A stretch of DNA of 64,000 nucleotides from positions 175,522,001 through 175,586,000 of the forward strand of contig OX597814.1 of NCBI GenBank assembly GCA_951406725.2. Reading direction: 5' to 3'. How positions within the stretch are numbered: the stretch's first letter is position 1; the number at the start of each line of letters is the position of its first letter. The position numbers and the translations under genes are program-made. This document shows positions 14,000-28,709 of this stretch, piece after piece. Origin of the DNA: Octopus vulgaris. Taxonomy: Eukaryota. Under the pieces are notes generated by a model. That model was not told where the DNA came from. It searched no databases and worked only from the letters and a program-made list of their open reading frames with translations.

Positions 14000-14590
14000 T
14001 TTTTTCTACTCTAGGCACAAGGCCCGAAATTTTGGAGGAGTGTGTGTGTGTGGGGTGGTGGGCAGTCGATTATAATCGACCTCAGTAAGCAACTGGTACT
14101 TAATTTATCGACACCGAAAGGATGAAAGACAAAGTCGACCTCGACCGAATTTGAACTCTGAACGTAAAGACAGATGAAATACCTATTTCTTTACTACCCA
14201 CAAGGGGCTAAACACAGAGAGGACAAACAAGGACAGACAAAGAGATTAAGTTGATTACATCGCCCCCAGTGCGTAACTGGTAATTATTCAATCGACCCCG
14301 AAAGGATGAAAGGCAAAGTCGACCTCGGCGGAATTTGAACTCAGAACATCTCTGCCAGCTCGCCGCCTTACGCTTATATAAATACTGCACTACTACAGGC
14401 GGCGAACTGGCGAAATCGTTACCGCGCCGGACAAGATGCTTAGCGGCATTTCGTCCGTCTTTTTGTTCTGAGTTCAAATTCCTCTGAAGTTGACTTTGCG
14501 TTCATCCTTTCGAACGTAAAGACTCAAAACGTAAAGACAGACGAAATACCGCGAAGCATTTCGCCCGACATGCTAACGTTTCTGTCAGCA
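14000..14590. mobile_element. Cluster of SINE family A pieces in alternating orientation
   Basis: Minus dimer about 14000-14370, plus copy about 14399-14512, minus head about 14513-14590. Confidence 0.85.
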
Positions 14591-15005
14591 CATCCATAAA
14601 TGACATAATTTCCGGACGAATAGCGCAGTAAATTCGCTTTTAAGTGGTGTATTTATATCAAGTATAATATGCCGATGGGTGTTTAAATCTAATACTGTTT
14701 CTGTTGGATATATTGGATATCTATTCAACTGTGAGGCTAAGTGCAACACCAGTGATGCTCAGTTATTATTTTCCAATCTCTGCAGCGACCAATTTTGTCC
14801 TAGCATACGGTTGGCAGTGAGTACATGCTGGTGTATAGACGATGTTCGCCTGCTGCTGATATATTTTGTTTTTAAATACAGAACGTTCGTAAAAGATATT
14901 CTCTCCAGACGAATACAGCAGTAAATTTGCTTTTTCGTTGTGTCTTTACATTCAATATGATACACAGAACACTTTCTTTCTCTCTCTCTCGACATACATG
15001 CATAA

Positions 15006-15073
<68 letters not shown>

Positions 15074-15242
15074 GTATATATATATGTGTATATATATATG
15101 TGTGAGTGTGTATGTGTATATATACATGTTCGTGCGTGTGCGTGTGTAAGTGTTTGTTGGGTATTTGAATAGGTGGATCGAAACAATTGTGGTGATAAAT
15201 AATCATTCTCGCATCGTATATCTTCCGACTCACTCATTATTC

Positions 15243-15322
<80 letters not shown>

Positions 15323-15330
15323 TATAATAA

Positions 15331-15584
15331 GGGCAAACTACATGGTAGTGCTACATGCTAGAAGATGTTAAATGACTCTAAAACTATCTTATTTATCACA
15401 TAAACTGATGACAGGAAAGGAAGTTGTATTCCTGAACTAGAAATCAATTGATCTATGGATAAAACTTTTAAAAAATCCTTTTTGTTCATTTCCTTCGCTT
15501 TCAGCCCGTATCTATGTGATAAATAAGGTAGTTTTAGAATAATTTGACATCTTCTAGCATGTGGCACTTCCATGTAGTTTACCT
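15331..15584. mobile_element. MITE with ~75 bp TIRs, PIF/Harbinger-like (TAA/TTA flanks)
   Basis: GGGCAAACTACATGGTAGTGCTACATGCTAGAAGATGTTAAATGACTCTAAAACTATCTTATTTATCACATA versus its reverse complement at about 15512-15584; flanked by TAA and TTA. Confidence 0.8.
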
Positions 15585-15616
15585 TTATTTTTATTTTTTT
15601 AATTTTATTTATTTCA

Positions 15617-15672
15617 TCTAGTTTCAGCTCACGAGCTGTGACCATGCTGGAGCAACGCCATTTGGTGTTGCT
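15617..15672 (-). mobile_element. 5'-truncated copy of the same LINE 3' UTR
   Basis: Reverse complement AGCAACACCAAATGGCGTTGCTCCAGCATGGTCACAGCTCGTGAGCTGAAACTAGA matches 46210-46265. Confidence 0.85.
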
Positions 15673-15773
15673 TTATTATAATTTTTATAAAAAATTACAT
15701 ATTCAGTATTAATTTATACCTAAAAGATTTTACATGCTACCTACCTGATAAAATCCTATAGATTTTATCCTTG

Positions 15774-15829
<56 letters not shown>

Positions 15830-15837
15830 TAGTTATC

Positions 15838-15918
<81 letters not shown>

Positions 15919-16734
15919 TATACACATACACATACATATATACATATATATATATGTATATATGTATGTAAATATATGTATATAAGTAAATATATGTATA
16001 TAAGTAAATATACAGAGACATACATATGTTCGATCAAATGAATTACCTGCTCATGGCATCAGTCCGTAAATTGTTGAGCATTTTAGTAAACACATATACC
16101 TCAAGTACAATCAGCGCGGTAGACTGTGGAAGAAGATTCTAGCTTTGAATTGGAGGTAGAATCTATAGGATTCTAAACATGTGGTAAACATAATTTCTCG
16201 CCCACTTTAACATAAACACTTGGTTTCAGGGTTCTCTTAGTGGACACCACTCTGTTGCAAGCATTCACATCAAGTCTTCCACATAATTCGCCGTTTATTC
16301 TTACCTTTCTCTTCTAATCCTCTGATTAAACCATAATAGAAAAATCAATGATTAGACTTATTAAACGAGAAATATATTTCCAAATGCAGTAGAAACAGAA
16401 AGGAAATAAAAGGTAAAGGACAACATTAATAATTGACAAATATTTTTGTGTTGGTAAATACGAGCGACAATTTCGTGTATGCGTCGCCTTTCTATGAAGG
16501 TTCTTCCGTGAAGCGTAGCGTCATCGTAACTTGTAACTTAGCAAAATGAACAAATCTCTAAGTAGACTAAATCGTACTTTTCTTTGAACTGGAATAGGAG
16601 ACATGATGTCATCTGCATAATAATTACATAGTTATGTCGGTGAAAGCATATATTTGAATAATCATACATTGCACACAGCAAGGAATAAATTATGAGTAAT
16701 AATGAAGGCGAACATTGTGTCTGTATCAGAGAGA

Positions 16735-16814
<80 letters not shown>

Positions 16815-17099
16815 TGAAACGGAAAGCCTGGAGATAAAGGTAGAATTATTGAGTGTGAGTAAGAGTGTTAGAGGCAGAGAACGAGAAAGGATTAATGTGA
16901 GAAAGGGAGGAAGAGAAAGAGTGTGTGAGTGAGAGAGGTACAATGGAAGAGAAATTAGAAAGAGGATGTAAAAGAAAGAGGCAAATTATGAATCAGGAGT
17001 AGTGAAAAAGGAAAGGTAAGTAAAGAGAGCGAACTAAAGAAAGTGGTAGAAAGAGAAAGGCTGAGAGGAGTTGATAAATAGATGAAGTTATAAAGAGAG

Positions 17100-17182
<83 letters not shown>

Positions 17183-17341
17183 AAGCGGAAGAGAGAGAGA
17201 AAGAGAGAGTTAACGAAAAAGAGTGTAAAAGGTAAGAAAAGAACGTGAACATAAGCTAATAAAGAGGAAAAGGCTGAGTGGAGTAAGAGAAAGAGATATA
17301 GTTATAAAGAGACGAATAGAGAGAGAAACGCAGTGTGGATG

Positions 17342-17396
<55 letters not shown>

Positions 17397-17571
17397 AAGA
17401 GAGAAACAAAAAGATGGAAATAGAAAGAAAAAAGAAAGTGAAAGTGTGAAAAACAGAACTAGAGAATATAAGATAAAAAGCGCAAAGAATAAAAAAAGAA
17501 CGAATGATAGGGTGGCAACATGAAAAAGAGTTCATAAGAGAAAGAGTGAGTGAAAGAAAGATAAAAAGAAA

Positions 17572-17695
<124 letters not shown>

Positions 17696-17828
17696 GGTGA
17701 GATAAAAAGTGAGAAAGAGAGAGAGGAGGAAATAGCAAGAGAATCAGAAATTACTTTTGATTAGAAATAAACTTAATTTGCCGAAAAGGAAGATATACGA
17801 AAACCGTTTGAGAAATAGAGCAAAATCA

Positions 17829-17859
<31 letters not shown>

Positions 17860-18589
17860 TGTATGTATGTATGTATATGGATATATATGTTATATGTATG
17901 TGTATGCATACGTATATACATACGCTTGCATGTATGTATATACATACACATACACACACACATACATATATATATCATGTGCAGCTCATAGATTACAAGG
18001 CCAAGACGTAAATGAACTCAAAATGAGGTAGAATAGAATCAATAAAACATATTTATATGTAATAGCACATCCATAAACTATAAACCCCTAAACAAGAATA
18101 ACCCTTTCCAGAATTAGAATACCCATGATTAGCGATCACGTAATATTAATATTAATATCAAAATCAATACACACATACACACACATAAAGCTAAGAGGCT
18201 TCCCATGAGTAAAATTAGTTTACTAAGCAAAAGGAAGAAGATGCCCTTAAAATTTTATTATGAATAAAAGCAAGGAAATATTTTTCATTTTTATTAAAAT
18301 ATGATACCGGTTTCAGTCATTTGAAAAGCTATTTTGTCATGCTGAAATGAAAGGAAAGATACATTGAAATATATTAAATGAATCTTTGATGCTATCAGCC
18401 CTAGAAATTCACATATAATTTCTGAGAAAAATCACATAGTTTTGGTGTTCCGTTTGTATCTGTTACTCGGTCCTGGCAGTATCAGCAAGAACGGCGGCTG
18501 TCTGTAGTAGCAGCAGCAATAATTTTAGTGCTGTAGTTGTCGTTTTGTCAACCTAACTCGTATGTTATAGCAGTAAAGGCTGCGGTAGG

Positions 18590-18695
<106 letters not shown>

Positions 18696-18941
18696 TATAT
18701 ATCTATCTATATATATTCTTTTTTTCAGTTATTTGACTGCAGCCATGTTGGAGCACCGCCTTCAAAGTTTTTTTAGTCGAACAACTCGACCTCTGGAGGT
18801 TTTTAAAGCCTAGTACTTATTCTATCGTTTTTTGCTGAACTGCTATGTTAAACGAATGCAAACACACCAACACCGGTTGTCAAGCGGTGATGGGGGACAA
18901 GCAAAAACACACACACACACGCAGAGGCATATATATATATG

Positions 18942-19109
<168 letters not shown>

Positions 19110-19149
19110 GTGAAATAAAATAAGATAACAAGACCAAGGCAATTTGATA

Positions 19150-19990
19150 TTCCTACGACATTTATAAATAGAAAGGTGGTCTTACAGCTGTTTCAGAGAA
19201 ATAAATGATATCCCATCATCAGAGACGAGTTAACAGAGCTTCAATAGAAGTAATTGGTAAAAAGTTCATTTTCTTTTAGAAGTTATTCTGGAGAAGGAGA
19301 AATATACAAGAAATTAGATATAATGCAAAGAGTATAAAAGGAAAATATGAAAATAAAAATACAAGCTGGATGTTAAAGTTGCCTTTCCGTTATCGAAGAA
19401 ATGTGTTGTGTAGAATGGGTAAAGAGTTTTCTTGTCCATGATATGTAAAGTCCGATAAGAATTCATATGCTGTTATTTAGATTGTAGGTATTATTTCCAT
19501 GTGTTGTTCATTCAAAAGGATCTTGTAGTATAAATGAATTTCGAGAATTATACTGATAAGGGGAATTAGATAAAGAAAGAAATGAATAGATAAGAATATT
19601 AGAAGGAAGAAAGAAGAGTGGTATTCTTAACGGCTAGAGTAGGAGTAGGGAAGGAAAAGGAGAAAGAAAAGGAGAAAAAGAAAAGAGGAGTGCTAGATGC
19701 TGGTCAAGATATTTTAAGGTGGTGAGGAGAGGAGAGATATCAATGGATAAAAGGAATAGGGGAGGGATAGAATGAAGAGATAAGAAGGTAAGAAAGAAGT
19801 ATGTGTGAGAAGTTGACAGTGGAGGATAGGTTTGAAAAGGCACTGAGGTGGAGGGATAGATAAAGAATGTGGTACAGAAGGGAGGGGAATACTAAATGTA
19901 AGTAGTAAACCTCGAGAAGGAGAGAAGGGATGAAATAATAAGGAAGAGTGCTAGGAATTAAAGAGTGGGTGTGGAGAAATAATGGTCAAG
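19150..19990 (-). mobile_element. Penelope-like element 3' region with hammerhead motif, inverted relative to the 20130-21580 copy
   Basis: The reverse complement of about 19385-19560 aligns by eye with 21270-21440; HHR core at 19179-19226. Confidence 0.6.
19179..19226 (-). ncRNA. Minimal type I hammerhead ribozyme motif (PLE-type)
   Basis: Minus strand: GTCT-CTGATGA-tgggatatcatttatttctct-GAAAC-AGCT-GTA-AGAC. Intact core, stem I GTCT/AGAC, palindromic stem III ACAGCTGT; stem II weak. Confidence 0.75.
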
Positions 19991-20129
19991 TTTCTAAAAA
20001 TAGACATAGGCATTTATAAAAAAGTCAGCTAAAATGAAGGAGGAAAGTTATTGTGGGGACTGATAAAACAGTAAGAGAAAGAAAAAATATGTATACTGAT
20101 ATACACATATATATGTATATCAAGGATAA

Positions 20130-21579
20130 ATTAAAAGTTAACCTATGGTCCTGTACAGGGGAAGTCATAACATGGTTTCATATTTTGAACAACAAAAACT
20201 CGTTTTCAATTTGATATAAATTTACTACTCATCTATTTCTCCAAAACTACTAAATAAAGCCCTCATTCTAGCTAGGAATCTAACTAACCTAACTCCACTA
20301 GAAATTAACAAATTTTAACGCCCAAAAAGCGCTCATTTCTTTCGAGGACAAGTTCTGGTGCTAGGTCAACCCCTATAACACCAACATCAACTATAACAAC
20401 TTCTTCGTCATTACTATGGGATCATCCGACTCTTCCCAGGTCATGGACCTCGTTGGACTATACTTACTTCATCAGCTCCGAGTACATTTTCCTAATATCA
20501 AGGGAGATCTGTACAGAAATGACGTTTTGTTAGTCACCAAGGGCGGAAATAAATCTTCTTTAGAACGAATAAGGAAAGATCTACACAAGTTCTCTAACTT
20601 AAAGCTATCACTTTGAAAACTCTCTTAAAACTGCTAAATTTTAACCTCCCAATGCTCTGCATATCATAAACCCAACAAGTACCTTACGTATTTAAGCACT
20701 AACTCCAATCACCACAAATCAACGTTCAATAATATAGTTAAGGGCATTTCCATTCGTATATCTGACCTCTCAGCCACTGAAGAAATATTCAATAACCACG
20801 CCCCATGTTACAACCAAGCGCTCACTGCCAGCGGCTTCTCTCAACAAATAAAATACATCTCTAATACTAGACTCAAACAACATATATTCCAAGTCATATC
20901 ACTTCAACGCGCTGGCCATCATAATTATAACCAACTATATGTGCATTATACTACAACCTCGGGGGAACACAGATTAAGACGGCTTAGAACCCCACACATA
21001 TAACACTAGGTCAAAATCAAAAACAGCTCACAACAACATCACATTATCTTGACCACGAACTAACACTCTTTTTATCATTTCTTTCACCCTTCACATTTTT
21101 TCATTTTTTCACTCTCTTCACTTTTTCTTTCTCTCTCTCTTTTTTTCATTTTTTTCTTTTTTCTTTCTTTTTCTTCTTCATTTTCTCTTCCTGTTTTCAA
21201 TTTGACCTATCTTCTCAGTCTAATCATGCACATCTCTCCTCTCCCGATCTATCGACAAATACTACTAATACATTCTCAAATTTTCATTCACACCACAAAA
21301 CTCTTTCGAACGGGCAACACTGAATCCACGGCTCCATACTTTGAAATGACTAAACGTGAACTGCTATGGAAACTTACATACAATGTACAGGAAAATTTTT
21401 TACCACTTCTATACACCATTTTCTTCGAATAATGGAACTGCAACTACGATATCTTTATATATCTCGTTTCTACTTTCATTCTCTTATTTCCCTCTATATT
21501 CCCTATCTCCTCCTTTTCCATAATAATTAGATCTCAAATATTTCCTCTATTTAATCTTCTCACAACCGTCTCATTCTGT

Positions 21580-21580
<1 letters not shown>
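20130..21580 (+). pseudogene. Penelope-like element RT relic
   Basis: QFDI..YSSISPKLLNKAL, F.ITMGSSDSSQVMDLVGLYLL, GDLYRNDVLL (decayed GLYRDDGL), YHKPN..L.Y...SNH, RISDLS..EEIFNNHAPCYNQAL.ASGF. Confidence 0.8.
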
Positions 21581-21646
<66 letters not shown>

Positions 21647-21879
21647 AGTAAATCTAAACTTACATGGAAAAATTAGATTTGCCTAATAGTGGTTTTTATC
21701 TCTAATTTAATTTATATATATATATATATATATATATAGATATACATACACACATATATATATGTGTATATATATACATATACATATACATACACACACG
21801 CACACATACATATGTATATGTATACCAACCCTATACATACACACGTCCAGACCTCTCATACGCACTAATAGCTGGTCAT

Positions 21880-22165
21880 TCAACCCTATTATCTCCCCTT
21901 ATTTCGCTCTCGCGTCTCATGTTTGATCTTTGACCTCTGGCCGAAATCAGATCGCCATGTTGATTCGTTAGTTACTGCACGCATCTTTTTTCTCTCCTTC
22001 TTTCTGTGTTTTTTTTCTCTCTGTGTATCTTTCTGTTGAAGAGCGTAGGCTCGAAACGTTAAAGACTTGTTTTATTTATATTTCCTGAGCGCCATACTAA
22101 TACAATTGTTTGTTTGTTTCTCACCTGCCTTCGTCTTTTGTCTATTTTCATAAAGCTTCCCGTTA
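21880..22165 (+). mobile_element. Short hammerhead-bearing repeat (PLE pLTR/retrozyme-like), subfamily 1
   Basis: TCTTT-CTGTTGA-A-GAGC-GTAG-GCTC-GAAAC-GTT-AAAGA at 22028-22065. Downstream TTCCTGAGCGCCATACTAATACA is shared with 63776-63885. Confidence 0.7.
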
Positions 22166-22662
22166 TATATAGTTATGTATGTATGCACACACATACACAC
22201 ATATATATATATACGACGGGCTTCTTTCAGTTTCCGTCTACCAAATACACTCACAAGGCTTGTGTCGACCCGAGGCTATAGTAGAAGACACTTCCCGAAG
22301 GGGCAACGCAGTGGGACTGAAGCCGGAACCATGTGGTTGGGAAGCAAGCTTCTTAACACACATCCATGCCTGTATATATGAGTAATAATTTGAAATTTGG
22401 GCGTGCACCTCGTAGTATGCCGTTTAAAACCCGTACACTACATATGAGAGAAAGAGAAAAAACCCGGTATTCAAGGGATTCTTTATCAATAACGACAATC
22501 GCTTCGATCCATGCTGTATCGATCCCTCGCAAAGAGAAGTGTTCTTCATTTTATCTCAAGTTTTCTCACGTATGCGAATAACCACAGACAACTACCAGAA
22601 TGTATTCAAATCGAAATAACCGAAACAGAGATTAAAGAACGAGGTCCCTTTTGGCATGTTTC

Positions 22663-22770
22663 CTGACGAGGCACATCTGCGCCGAATAATACACCACAAC
22701 TATTTGTACAGAATCTCACCTGCAAAGGACAGATGCACAACGGGTCGAAACGATCGTAATGATTAATAAA
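22663..22770 (+). ncRNA. Hammerhead-like motif with long stem II followed by AATAAA
   Basis: CTGACGA (22663-69)-GGC..CATCTG...CAGATG..GTC-GAAAC-GATC-GTA (22747-58); palindromic stem III ACGATCGT; stem I not preserved. Confidence 0.5.
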
Positions 22771-22899
22771 GAATCACACGAATTCCATTTTCTTTCACTT
22801 TCTCTGATATATATATTCAGACATGACAGAAGTAAATAGACACCCTTATAATCGTAAAAATTTGTTTAAATCTGAAATTATACATTCAAATTATATATT

Positions 22900-23560
22900 A
22901 ATTTTTGTTGTAATTTGAATATTCAATATTTAGTAGATATTCTCTTTAGACTTTTTAATGCAAGAAAACACTATTAGGCATGTTAATGATCAGATGATGA
23001 GTATTCTCTTGCGGAATTTCTTGTCAAGATCTAGCTTTGAAGATGCTTTCTTGTTCTTTTTATGAAGCGTGCTGTCCATTATGTCTCAGAGGTGTTCAAT
23101 AGGGTTCATGTCTGGTGACTTGGAAGCTTGGCCATGGAAGCTTTTTAATGCCATTCTCATCCAACAAATCATGGGTCATTTTAGCCGTGTGACAAGGATT
23201 CCCATCTTCCATAAATAGTCTTCTTTAATCATTTTACCACTGGAGAAGATTGGAAGATTATCAGAATTTATGTTTCCTTCACTCTCCATCATCTCTTATC
23301 ACTCATTGCTACAAATTGCTCCCCAGACCATCACAGAATAGCTGCCGTGTTTCATTGTTGGCTGCAATATTTTCACATCAAATTCTTGATCGCAGTCTCC
23401 AGACCCACACTCGACAGCTGTCAGGAAATAAGCAAATCTGGACTCATCAGAGAATATGACAAGGTCCCAAAATGCCTTTCCACCATCTCACTGGCCCAGG
23501 CTTTCCTCCGCTTGATGTTGGCTGGTCGAAGAAGGGGCTTCCTTCTTGCTGCTCTGCCAT
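22900..23560 (-). pseudogene. Tc1-type transposase relic
   Basis: Minus strand MEDGNPCHTAK and PWP..SPDMNPIEHL (Tc1 QDN.P.H and WP..SPDLNPIE.L motifs). Confidence 0.75.
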
Positions 23561-23599
23561 AGCAAGCAAGTTTGTAGAGATACCTGACAGCTATTCTGG

Positions 23600-24115
23600 G
23601 ATTTACATCAACTTGTTCTGTTACCGATATTTTTTGACAGCTGTGTCAACACGGAGGTCTACATGGACATTTTGGATCAATTTTGTGCTCGACTCACTGA
23701 AGATGAAAAACAGGTGTACTCTTTCTGGCAGGACAGAGCGACTTGCTACACTTCTCTGGTGTACATGCAGCAAGTCCGTGGGATCTTCTGTGAGGAACGC
23801 ACAGTTAGCAAAAATTTGTGGCTACCTCGTTCTCCTGACCTTTCAACGTGTGATTATTATTTCTGGGGACACTTGAAAAGCACGTTGTACGAAATAGATT
23901 TGCGCATAATACAGGAACTGAAGCATTATATCACGCATGTGCTCGCCGTCATCGATGTTGCTATTTTACCTGAACGTGGTTAGATGTGCACAACTGTGTG
24001 TATTGATGCTACAAAATCTTCTATGGTGGTGCGTCCTTTAAAACACGTGTAAATTTATTTTTGTATTTAGACTATGTTACTGAACCTGGGCCATTTTTCC
24101 TTGTGCCACTCTGTA
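23600..24115 (+). pseudogene. Tc1/mariner-superfamily (DD37D/maT-like) transposase 3' relic
   Basis: FWQDRATCYT...WLPRSPDLSTCDYYFWGHLKSTLY..IQELK (cf. FQQDGATAHT / WPPRSPDLTPCDFFLWG); ends in GCCACTCTG-TA, a TIR-like terminus. Confidence 0.75.
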
Positions 24116-27100
24116 TTTAAAGTTATTTACCCATAGTATCTATATCAATGTCATTGTAATTAGGCATAAGGTTAGAAATTTCCCGCTTTATTTCTAACTT
24201 TATTTTCGTGCTGCTCTCGTTGTGACAATTTTTTCTTGCTATATGATGAAGAGAGAGCTGCTTCGTTCTTAGAGCAGAGAATTTCTGCTATTCTAAGAAT
24301 TTAAATTAATGTGCTGTTTAACAAAATTTCAGTAATAAAAGTTATTTCCCATGCGTTCTCATTCTCCTATTGTTAATCATATTTTTACAGTCGTGTGTGT
24401 AAAAAATGCTTAAACATATGTATTTTCGCAGGATCAGCACTTTCTAAGATATGCAGCCTTTATAAAACTCCCAGTTGCATACATGTCAATATAAGACAAA
24501 ATATGACTGTATTTTACCGAAAAATTGCCGTATAATTGTGAAAAGAGAGTTAATAAATATTTTCACATGCGCAGAACAGCTACCCTAAAATTTCATTTTC
24601 AGTAGTCCGTATATCATTCTTGACAAAAGCGAGTTTATAACACTATCATTTTCCTGTTCACGACATTGCGAAAAAAATATGATGTCGCGAGATTTACATT
24701 ATTTTCCAGTCTATGTTGAAGTTTGGCGTTTATCAAAGAACGACAGGTACGATATAAAAAAACGTTACACTCAGAATGTGGTAATGAAAGATTTGAAGTG
24801 TTACTTGTTCACTTGGTAAGTCACACCGGGGATATTACATTGGAATTTGTACAACAATAAAAATATTCTTCTGTTTCCAAGTCGATGAAGGACTTCCAAG
24901 GAGTTCCGAAAAAACCTTATTAGTGATTTTAAGGTTGAATTTTATGCTGATGCTAAGTTCCTTTTCAATAAAGATTGGCAGCACAGAGAAGAGAATGAGT
25001 TAAAAGCGTATCTAAAATGTTGGGCATGTTTAATTTCACTGAAAATTGTAAGAGCAGTTATCAGTGCCTACCACATCTACTGTGCATCCCATCATCACTT
25101 ATCTATATTTAATTATCTAATGAATGGAATGTTTGGAAAGTTATTTCTTGTTAAAAACTTGTTAAAAACTTTGTTTTGGATGCGAAGGCTCAACGAAAAA
25201 TTACAGGAAAGTTATGTTACATTTGTAGTTTGTGTGTTTATATTGGTAGTGTGTAAAGAGTATACGTGTGAAAGTGGCGATTCTGCTAGTGTTTGCGTTG
25301 ACAGTTGTACGACTATTAGGCGTATTTTTGTTGCAAATAATTAGACTGGTGTTCCTGATGTATGAATGTTATTCTTTAAAACAAAATTACTTTAATACGC
25401 GCATCTTACTTTGTTTTCCTCTTTACAGACACAGAGGACGTTGACTTACTTTCTATCATGATTTATTTCTGCCATATATTTATTTAAACTGTATGGCTTC
25501 AAAATCATATTCATACAACATTACAGTATTAAATTCATTTATGATGAATGATACTTTAATAAAATTCAAGGTTAGAGGTGAAAACATTTACACATTTCTA
25601 ACTAAAATTCTCACAAAATTTTCTATTGTTCCCAAATAAATCATAACCAAATGTAGGTTCGTGTCAGGAATGATTAAAATGATATTTTATTGTAGTGTAA
25701 ATTAATATATTTCAGTTATTTGAACACAAATACCACAATGTTTCTAAAATTTAGGTGCTCCAAATTTACAGGGAAACTTCGCGATTCATCTCTTGTACAA
25801 ATGTTCGTGAACTGAAGAAGAATGCGTGTTAAATTGAAATTCTTTCAAATTTCTGAAGTCACACGGTTGGCAAATAAAAAAAAACAGTCTGAAGGATTGT
25901 ATTAGTGTTATTATCAGCACTATAAGATACAATCATGATAAGATATTATTGTTTTATTGACAGTTACTCCAAAGATTCGAAAATACACATTATTCTTTTA
26001 GTACACATTTTTAAAAGAAAAATTTGATGATTCGAAATTCAAGTTATTGTTTTTGAGTAAGTTTTACTGGCTATTAAAACATTGTATTACATTCGATTTT
26101 ATTCATCAGTCGATTTAACAAAATCCCTTGGCTTTGGGAACCTTTAGTGGAGACCGCTCTTTTGCTAACATTCAGACCTGGCCTTGAAACTGAGAATAGT
26201 CCATAACTTGTCTGAGGCCCTGAAAAGGTTACAGGCGTCGCCTTTCCTCCACTGACTAAGTCATAAATAATATTCGTCATTGTTTAATTGTTGTTGTTTT
26301 TGGACACTAGTCAGTATTACGACCGAATGCATTCCAGCTGTGACCGTCGCGCCGTTTGTTCAAACACAGTGTCCCAAATACTAAATTATCCAATATATAT
26401 TAAAATTTCAAGACGGTAGACTGTGATTTAAGAAATTTTTGGCAGCAGTTTTATTGCAGATCGAGAGCGCACGAAACTCTCTTTCGATAATGTTTGGTAG
26501 AAGCGTTAGCGCGTCGGCCACAATGCCTTGCCATACTTATTATGGCTCTTTACGTTGAGTTCAAACTCCCACATATCAACTGTGGTTTTCATACTTTCGG
26601 TTTCGATAAAATTAAGTACCAATTACAGTTATCTTCTTCAAATTTCAGACGCTATGCCTCTGTTAGAGAATATATATATGTATCAAAGTCTTTCGTCACA
26701 CATTTATGACCTGATCATTACCTTATTCCTTGGCGGCGAGCTAGCGACATCGTTACTGCATCCGATTTAAATGCTTAGCGACATTTCTTCCAGTTCTATA
26801 CATTCTGAGTTTAAATTCCACCAAAGACGACTTTGCCTTTCATCAATTCATGATCGATACACTTGTAATACGTACCAGTGAAACACTGGGTTCGATATAA
26901 TCGGTTACATCCTCTCATTAAGATTACTATCCTTGTGCCATAATTTGGAACCATTATTGACTTAGATATACATTTCAACCCGTAGAAGCACCTTTGTTCG
27001 CCTCATTAGAAAGACCAAATGTTTCATAAACGCAGTTAGCCAAAGCATTTCAGTAAATATCAAAAGGAAAAAAAAATGGAAAAAAATAATCGGTTGAATA

Positions 27101-27729
27101 TTCCTATGAGAATACCAATTTGATATTGTCATAGACAACTAAATTGATATTGTTCTTAGAAACAGGATACGTGAGTTTAGCTGCGATTAGGGATATATCA
27201 CCTAAAGAAGCGTGGTGAAGGAAAGAAAAAATAGTTACAGTAAGCTCATTCGTAACTCATTATCTCATTTATAGTTTTCTATTCAAAGTGATAGAAATAA
27301 TATTTGTCATGTACTGCTTTCTTTATATAACTAATTACTGGTATTGCTGTTAGTGTACTATCAACAATATGTATTTGCATGTGGTTATGAGTGTATACAT
27401 ATATATATATATATAGTTAATCCAGACATGAACAAAGAGAAAACACAACGACGCGAGGACGTGGAACAAGTATAGTATACATACACATCTACGTATATAT
27501 ATACACATATGTGAATTAGTGTGTGAGTGTGTGTTATTATGTGCGTGTACGTGCATATGTGTGTGCATATATATGTGTATACGAATATGCATGTATGTAT
27601 GTATACATGCACGTACACATACCCACAGATTATATATGACTGTCAACAATAATTTCGTACAAGAGCATTGCGGTGTGTCATAAAGGTTTGAGAAATGATG
27701 CGTGTGTATAGAGCAAGACAGATAGACAG

Positions 27730-27760
<31 letters not shown>

Positions 27761-28073
27761 CATATTTTGACTGTCAACAATAATTTGTGGCAAAAGCATA
27801 TATCAACAAGCATATAAAGCTACATAATTGCAATTAATAGAGAAGAAAGAATACAGCATAAAAGGCAAATAATTGTATGCGGAGAACAATAGAGTTAGAT
27901 ATTCAAAATGACAATTATTAACCTCGTGTCACAAGATTTCTTTCTCGGTAGAACAGTGTTTTACTTCAAGTGGATTAGCTTCGTTAAAGGCTGGAAAATA
28001 ATTATATAAATATATGTATCTGTGTGTCTGTGTGTGGGTTGATGTATTGTGTGGGTGTCTTTACGATATAGAC

Positions 28074-28123
<50 letters not shown>

Positions 28124-28595
28124 TAGTTACAAATATGGACTGAGAAAGACAGGGAGAAGGAGAGGGAGTGACAAAGAAGCAAACGGATAGACAGATATTT
28201 AATTTGACTGTCAACTGCAATTTGGTACAAAAGCATATCCGCAAGTATATACGGTTCTCTATAGGTAACTCACACAGAGTATACACAACGGCATGAAAAG
28301 CAAATCATTGTATGCAGAAAATTGAGGCATTTAAAGTTGCATAATCAAAATGGCAACGTTCTTAAGCCTAATCTCAGAAGATTCTCGACAGTAAAACGGC
28401 GTTCCTCTTGGAGTAAATAATGTCCCTCTCGAAGTGTGTTGATAGTATTAAAGCTTGCGAAATGACATTAAAAGGTCTGAAATTATGTATGTGAGTGTCT
28501 GTGCCTATGTGTTAATGTGTGTATATATGTATATTTATGTATAATATGAATGTTATATATGTATAGTGATGATATATATATATATATATATATGT

Positions 28596-28648
28596 AATGG
28601 CGGTGCCCCAGCATGGCCACGGATCATGAGCTGAAACTAGAATCAATC
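28596..28648 (+). mobile_element. Extremely 5'-truncated copy of the 40.5-46.3 kb LINE (3' UTR end + AATC tail)
   Basis: AATGGCGGTGCCCCAGCATGGCCACGGATCATGAGCTGAAACTAGAATCAATC closely matches 46220-46272; flanked by (TA)n. Confidence 0.9.
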
Positions 28649-28709
28649 ATATATATACATATATGCACACACACATACATTCATACACACACACATATAG
28701 ATATAAGTG

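Noticed and set aside
24120-26100. Possible ancient hAT-like transposase relic
   Set aside because: Only vague compositional hints; no motif could be read convincingly.
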